Positions 55,979 through 60,409 of a stretch of DNA of 60,409 nucleotides are shown here, piece by piece. Numbering within the stretch: position 1 is the stretch's first letter; each line of letters opens with the position of its first letter. Source of the stretch: a virus (taxonomy: Duplodnaviria > Caudoviricetes). Under the pieces are notes generated by a model. That model was not told the DNA's origin. It saw only the letters and a list, made by a program, of their open reading frames with translations, and did not search any database. The DNA lies in IMG/VR virus record IMGVR_UViG_3300012929_000019, positions 1 to 60,409 of that record; one strand, given 5' to 3'. A program made the position numbers and the translations under genes.

Positions 55979-56427
55979 GGATCGAGAAAGACGAGTGGTA
56001 CCTTGAGATCGCGAGGGTGGTCGCGCGCCGCAGCACGTGCGCGCGCCGCCAGGTCGGGTGCGTGCTGGTCGACGAGATCGGGAGGATCATGAGCACGGGG
56101 TTCAACGGCGTGCCGCGCGGCATGACGCACTGCACCGAGAGCCCGTGCGCGGGCGCGGGCCTGCCGTCGGGCACGGGCTTAGACCTATGCGCGAGCACCC
56201 ACGGCGAGGCTAACGCGCTGCTGCAGTGCCCTGACGTCGAGCGCGTCCACACGTGCTACTCGACCACCGAGCCGTGCGTTCATTGCGCCAAGCTCCTGAT
56301 GAACACGAGCTGCGAGCGCGTGCTCTATATAGAGCCGTACCCGGGCGACGCGGCAGCGCTCTGGCTCCGGACGCGCGGGCCCGGCACCTGGTCGCGCTTC
56401 CAAGCGCGCGTAAAGCGTCCGCCATAG
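55975..56427 (+). CDS. dCMP deaminase
   Basis: RSTC.RRQVG..LV, TGFNG.P.G, HGEANAL, PCVHC. Confidence 0.92.
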   Translation: MRIEKDEWYLEIARVVARRSTCARRQVGCVLVDEIGRIMSTGFNGVPRGMTHCTESPCAGAGLPSGTGLDLCASTHGEANALLQCPDVERVHTCYSTTEPCVHCAKLLMNTSCERVLYIEPYPGDAAALWLRTRGPGTWSRFQARVKRPP

Positions 56428-56451
56428 GCACAGGTTCGTTGGCCTGTAAAT

Positions 56452-56471
56452 AGCCCGGACAGGGCTTTTTT
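56452..56471 (+). terminator. Rho-independent terminator of the replication/nucleotide operon
   Basis: AGCCC-ggaca-GGGCT followed by a T-run; preceded by an ACAGG/CCTGT hairpin. Confidence 0.6.
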
Positions 56472-56572
56472 CCATAAAAGAGGGCTAGAAGGGCACTTTT
56501 TTTCACTAAAAAGGCTCAAGGCATGCCCTCGCCCCTATGTACAGCGTCGTGTGAAAACTATGTACAAAATTG

Positions 56573-56602
56573 TTGTATATCGGCGTCATTCAGGCTTAGA
56601 AT
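56573..56602 (+). promoter_or_regulatory. Putative sigma70 promoter for the large ncRNA / early operon
   Basis: TTGTAT-N18-TAGAAT; upstream direct repeat CTATGTACA x2. Confidence 0.55.
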
Positions 56603-56609
56603 GAGCACT

Positions 56610-57265
56610 GGTTGATTGATTATGAGATGGAGACCGGGCCCGTTCGAACGGGTACGCGCCGGGGCGCAGCGGGGACAGGGAGTTCCCATGGTGGTAGGGG
56701 ACGCACATAGCGCGGTGCGTCACGACGAGTACGGAGCTAAGGTAACGGGCGCGAGCGTAAGTCAGCCGACAGAGCTGCTGCCCGCGAGCGAGGTGTGAAG
56801 GAGGAACCCTTCACAACGATCCTGAAAGGGATCAACTCGCGAACGATGCGAAACCCAGCATCGACCAGTGACGGAAGTCGTAGAACCCGATCGCGCAAAA
56901 CCAACGCGATTTGAAAGCACGTCCAGCCGCGGCGCGATGAATCAAAGGGCTAGTAACTACGCGAGGTAGCAGCGCGACGACGAATGACAAAACGTTGTGA
57001 GGCGCGAAGTAGTCGGACTCGGACCCGCTAGCCGAGACAATGGGAAAAGGAAAATTTGATGAAGGCCGCGAGAGCGTTGCCAGTACCCGGAACGGGGCCG
57101 TGCCGCTCGATCGTCGTCAAGATCATCCGGAATAACCTGAGCCAGTACCTACGGAAACGTTGCAGGGTTGGGGTCGAGTAACAAGGAATAAGTGCTCACA
57201 CACAACAGACCTCGACCCTGTAACGCAATGCGCATTTGAAAACAAGAGTGCGCATTGCTGTTACA
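56610..57265 (+). ncRNA. Large highly structured ncRNA candidate (family unassigned)
   Basis: No credible ORF over ~670 nt; more than 12 hairpins with GNRA loops and plus-strand G:U pairs, e.g. 18-bp stem 57158-57175/57208-57225. Confidence 0.65.
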
Positions 57266-57280
57266 ACAATGGAGACGAAC

Positions 57281-57484
57281 ATGAGCAAAAAGCAAACTCC
57301 GCGTCGGAGTAAAAGATACAACGAAGTTGCGGCACAATTTGGTGATGAAGTCGCAGCGCAGTTTGGTGAAAACTTTATGGTGGTTGACGATCTCAATAGC
57401 TTAGTCGTCGTTAGTACCAAGAAAACGAAAAAACCTGTGGCTGGACGACGTTTTCGCGATGCTTATTTCGCAAACAAAGCGTGA
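57281..57484 (+). CDS. Small early hypothetical protein
   Basis: GGAG RBS; internal EVAAQFG duplication. Confidence 0.6.
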   Translation: MSKKQTPRRSKRYNEVAAQFGDEVAAQFGENFMVVDDLNSLVVVSTKKTKKPVAGRRFRDAYFANKA

Positions 57485-57517
57485 ATCAATAACTAAAATT
57501 CAATGGAGCGATGAATC

Positions 57518-57700
57518 ATGGACACGACCCTTTCGTTATTTCAAGTCGCGCTGGTGCTCGGGATGAGCATGAGCGCCACCGCAAACCTCGTGCGACGCAA
57601 ATTGCTCAAGCGCAAAGAGCGACGCAACAAGATCGATTTTTTCGAGGCGCAGGACGTGCAGGAGTACATCAGTCGGCAGAACCGGGAGCAAGCGACATGA
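57518..57700 (+). CDS. Small HTH (Xis/MerR-like) DNA-binding protein
   Basis: LSLFQVALVLGMS.SA..NLVRR..L......F...DV..YI. Confidence 0.6.
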   Translation: MDTTLSLFQVALVLGMSMSATANLVRRKLLKRKERRNKIDFFEAQDVQEYISRQNREQAT

Positions 57701-57861
57701 GCAAAAAACAATTCTTGAAGCGTCTCAATGCGATCGCGGATGAGTTGGATGACGTTGTTGATTACACACTGAAGGAGTATCCCGTGGGCGCCCTTGAGCT
57801 TCTTGACGCTGCGCAAACGATCGTGGAGTCAGTCATCGAAACTATGGAGCAAACAACGTGA
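57697..57861 (+). CDS. Small hypothetical protein
   Basis: ATGA overlap with the upstream gene; MSKKQFLKRLNAIADELDD. Confidence 0.5.
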   Translation: MSKKQFLKRLNAIADELDDVVDYTLKEYPVGALELLDAAQTIVESVIETMEQTT

Positions 57862-58060
57862 TCATATCAGTATCAGGAGGGTGCGTGCGCGGCTGCGTCG
57901 CTGCGGCCCGCAGGGCCATCGGCGTGAAGCTCGCTGATTCGCGCGAGTTTTTGCGCTCTGGTGGTGAGGACGGGCTCTATCGGGTTCATCTGGAAGGCGG
58001 CGCGATCGTCGAGGTGACGATCATCCGCCGCTCGCGGGTTCAAGTTGCGGAGGTGCTGCC

Positions 58061-58318
58061 ATGACGTTCGAAGAATTTCAGGCGACCGGGTGCGACGTGG
58101 CGGACCTCAAGCGTTATTCTCCGGACATCGCTAACCAGATGGCGGACTATGACGCTCCTCGGCCCGGGCGCGTGTACGCGGAGTTCCTCTATATAGAGCG
58201 CGAGCCCGACGGGCGGTGGTACCTGCTGATCGCCAACGAGGACTGGCTGGGCAAGCCATTGGCGACGCTCGAACGCCGGTTGTATGACTTTGGGGTAGCT
58301 GAGGGGTATTTCGAATGA
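58061..58318 (+). CDS. Hypothetical protein
   Basis: GGAGG RBS; YIE....W.L.I.N......L..LE..LY.F...EG. Confidence 0.65.
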   Translation: MTFEEFQATGCDVADLKRYSPDIANQMADYDAPRPGRVYAEFLYIEREPDGRWYLLIANEDWLGKPLATLERRLYDFGVAEGYFE

Positions 58319-58510
58319 GCTGGGCCTTGGCTGGCTGAGTTTTCAAAAAAGACTTTGGACATGGAAATCAAGTTAATACAACAAGGAGAATGGACGCAAG
58401 AGAATAACTAAGACTAAAACAGACCTTATAAAGGCAGGTGCAAATATGGGGGCGCGCACGTGAGGCGCCCTCTTTGTTACAACGACGAGTATGGTTTATT
58501 GTCAATATAA

Positions 58511-58801
58511 ATGGAGCAAATGCAAATGTCAACTTCCAAGAAGTCGAAAAAGAGCGTGAGCACGAAGGGCGTTAAGAAGACGGCGAAGAAGATCATCAAG
58601 ATCCGGGTCAAGAACGAGGCCCTGGGCCGCGAGGGCACGATCACCCGCTTCATGAAGGAGCGGATCCTGGCGGGTGAAGAGAACGCCGCCATCTTGAAGG
58701 CCGCAACCAAGAAGTTCCGTAGCGCGAAGATCGGCAAGGGCTACCCCTCTTGGTACCGCAGCCAGATGAAAAAGCAGGGGCTCCTTCGCACCAGCGCTTG
58801 A
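58511..58801 (+). CDS. Small Lys-rich DNA-binding (histone-like) protein, homologous to the MTase C-terminal domain
   Basis: K-rich tail plus E......IL....K.F...K......SW.R....KQG. Confidence 0.65.
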   Translation: MEQMQMSTSKKSKKSVSTKGVKKTAKKIIKIRVKNEALGREGTITRFMKERILAGEENAAILKAATKKFRSAKIGKGYPSWYRSQMKKQGLLRTSA

Positions 58802-58827
58802 AGGAAAGTTGCTTGAGAAGGGAATAC

Positions 58828-58856
58828 GGGGGCGCGCATGCCGGCGCCTCCTTTTT
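58828..58856 (+). terminator. Rho-independent terminator
   Basis: GGGGGCGC-gcatgccg-GCGCCTCC-TTTTTT; a related hairpin lies at ~58448-58475. Confidence 0.75.
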
Positions 58857-58896
58857 TATTTTGGGGTGGTTGGCGTCCAAGCATCGAGGTGCTGTG

Positions 58897-59226
58897 ATGA
58901 AGAAATTTACCGCTGGTCAAAAAGTAATCCTGAAGGCCAACGCGGATGAAGGGTGGCCCGAAGAAACAGGAAAATTTGTGGGATACGAGGACAAAGGAGG
59001 ATTCCCAGACATGTGCGTGGTAATGGTAGATGATGCGTATAGGCGGAGCCCCACCGACGACGGATTACGCGAGATACTGTTGGAGGGCATTGAAGCTGCG
59101 CCCGCGAAAAAAGGTGGTAATGGCCTAGCGCCATGGCATCCATTCGTTGCCACGCCAAACAAGGGAACATGCGGATCATGTGGGAGACCAAGGTCGAGTC
59201 CAATACACAACGCAATGGGTGGGTAA
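58897..59226 (+). CDS. Hypothetical protein (SH3-like N-terminus, C-terminal H..C..C..H Zn site)
   Basis: GAGG RBS; KF.AGQKV.L; HPF......CGSCG.....IH. Confidence 0.55.
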   Translation: MKKFTAGQKVILKANADEGWPEETGKFVGYEDKGGFPDMCVVMVDDAYRRSPTDDGLREILLEGIEAAPAKKGGNGLAPWHPFVATPNKGTCGSCGRPRSSPIHNAMGG

Positions 59227-59231
59227 AAATC

Positions 59232-59681
59232 ATGGCAAAAGCAATACGTGAATTGGAGAAGCACGGGATCGAGGACGCGATCTCAACGGGCTACGGCATC
59301 CTTGAGGAATTGGGGCAGGAGCTGCGCGATTGGTACGACTCGCTCCCCGATTCGCTCCAGGGCGGTGATAAGGGCTCCGCCCTCGATGAGGGGGCCTCAA
59401 CGTTGGAGGATCTCTCCGCGGTGGAGGTGTCGGAGGAGTTGGCCAAGGTGCTCACCGGGGAAATCGTCACCGTGAGCCCGATGAAGAAACGCGCCTCGCG
59501 CGCAGCGCGACGAGACTACGCGGTTACATTGCTTAGTGATGCCAAGCAGACGATCGAGGATTTTTTGAGCAACCAAGATGATGATTATGGGCATAAGGAC
59601 GACCTCGAGCAGCTCATGAGCGACCTCGATGAGGCGATCGGCGAGGCTGAGAACGTATCCTTTCCGGGGATGTATGGTTAA
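59232..59681 (+). CDS. Acidic hypothetical protein
   Basis: EL..W.D.LP.SLQ.G.KG..L.E motif; ends FPGMYG. Confidence 0.6.
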   Translation: MAKAIRELEKHGIEDAISTGYGILEELGQELRDWYDSLPDSLQGGDKGSALDEGASTLEDLSAVEVSEELAKVLTGEIVTVSPMKKRASRAARRDYAVTLLSDAKQTIEDFLSNQDDDYGHKDDLEQLMSDLDEAIGEAENVSFPGMYG

Positions 59682-59817
59682 TGGAGGAAATGGAAATGAG
59701 CAATATAAGAAAAGTGACATCAAATAAATCGCCTCTTGAGGAGATATTTAATTTTACGCGAGGCACGCATGACGGGCTTTGGTACTATCGTCCTCGTAAT
59801 GCAGATGAGGAGGACGA

Positions 59818-60144
59818 ATGGTGGACCGGGGGATTCGCGTCCAAGGAACTAGCTTACGCGCACGCATTGACGCGTCAATAAATGGAGTCATGATCATGTC
59901 ATACGATACTTGTGCAGAACCAGGAACGGCAGAGTTTGACCGGCGCATGGAGGTCGCTCGTGAGGCCATCCGGCGCTCAATCAGGCGCTCATACACGGAT
60001 TATCGGCGCCACCAGATGCACGTCATCCCAGGCGCGTATCGCCACGCGGGAGCCATCCGGGCGGCCGTCGCGCACGTGCGCCGTGAACATCCGTTCACGG
60101 AAGCATCCACCATCAACGAGGTGCTCAAGGAGCTTTTGTCATGA
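59818..60144 (+). CDS. Hypothetical protein (start probably ~59890)
   Basis: Co-oriented early ORF with GGAG RBS before MIMSYD. Confidence 0.45.
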   Translation: MVDRGIRVQGTSLRARIDASINGVMIMSYDTCAEPGTAEFDRRMEVAREAIRRSIRRSYTDYRRHQMHVIPGAYRHAGAIRAAVAHVRREHPFTEASTINEVLKELLS

Positions 60145-60409
60145 GCAATCATTCAACAATCAGTGTGACCTTTGCGAATGCGGAGACCATGGAACTATCA
60201 CGCACGGCCTATTACAATCCGCGCTCGCCTTTCCAGAAACGGGTGCAGCCTGAGACCTTCGTCGCGGTCGGACGTTACCACCTCGTCGTGGGCTATCGTG
60301 ATCTCGCGGTCTCCGTTGATGAGGAGCCGGCGCGCCCCCAGGAGCAGCCCTGGGTGCGGGGGTGGTTCAGTCGCTCGCAACAGAAAGACCTCCGTGACGC
60401 GCGGCTCAA

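Noticed and set aside
56616-56798. 60-aa ORF within the structured region
   Set aside because: Weak start, no RBS, no motifs; dense RNA helices explain the sequence better
56610-57265. Group I/II intron, tRNA cluster or CRISPR array as the explanation for the non-coding region
   Set aside because: It interrupts no gene; I could not find intron core motifs, cloverleafs with T-loop/CCA, or regularly spaced direct repeats
57518-57700. Lysogeny module inferred from the Xis-like HTH
   Set aside because: No integrase, repressor or att site recognised; lifestyle cannot be determined from this window

Overview
A 60.4-kb, GC-rich segment of a tailed dsDNA bacteriophage (Caudoviricetes, probably a siphovirus) with two divergent arms that meet at an AT-rich gap near 35.8-36.1 kb. 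The left arm (minus strand) is the late/virion region. Read in the direction of transcription it runs: degenerate QueE-like radical SAM gene, TerS, a ~17-kb glycan/fibre island (two glycosyltransferases, a SAM methyltransferase, GH16 and beta-propeller glycoside hydrolases, two giant paralogous Ser/Thr/Asn/Gly repeat proteins, two exported proteins), TerL, portal, a 1512-aa multidomain MuF protein (zincin, MuF split by an intein, wHTH, ADP-ribosyltransferase), an InPase-domain protein, prohead protease, scaffold, major capsid, a free-standing GIY-YIG endonuclease, head-tail proteins and a truncated tail tube gene. The right arm (plus strand) carries primase-helicase, CsrA-like, SPFH, a family A DNA polymerase with an intein, Cas4-like and VRR-NUC nucleases, an SNF2 helicase, and a nucleotide-modification cluster (MazG-like, C5-MTase, SAM MTase, dNMP kinase-UDG fusion, Asp-type thymidylate synthase homolog, dCMP deaminase). 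These are followed by a ~650-nt highly structured non-coding region and small early genes. The strongest leads are (1) the MuF intein, which encodes a separate DUF559/Vsr-like endonuclease on its antisense strand with its own promoter and RBS; (2) the large ornate ncRNA candidate at 56.6-57.27 kb; (3) the glycosylation/fibre island between terS and terL; and (4) the candidate cytosine-modification pathway. No integrase, tRNA or CRISPR array was recognised. All calls come from reading motifs by eye; no database searches were run.
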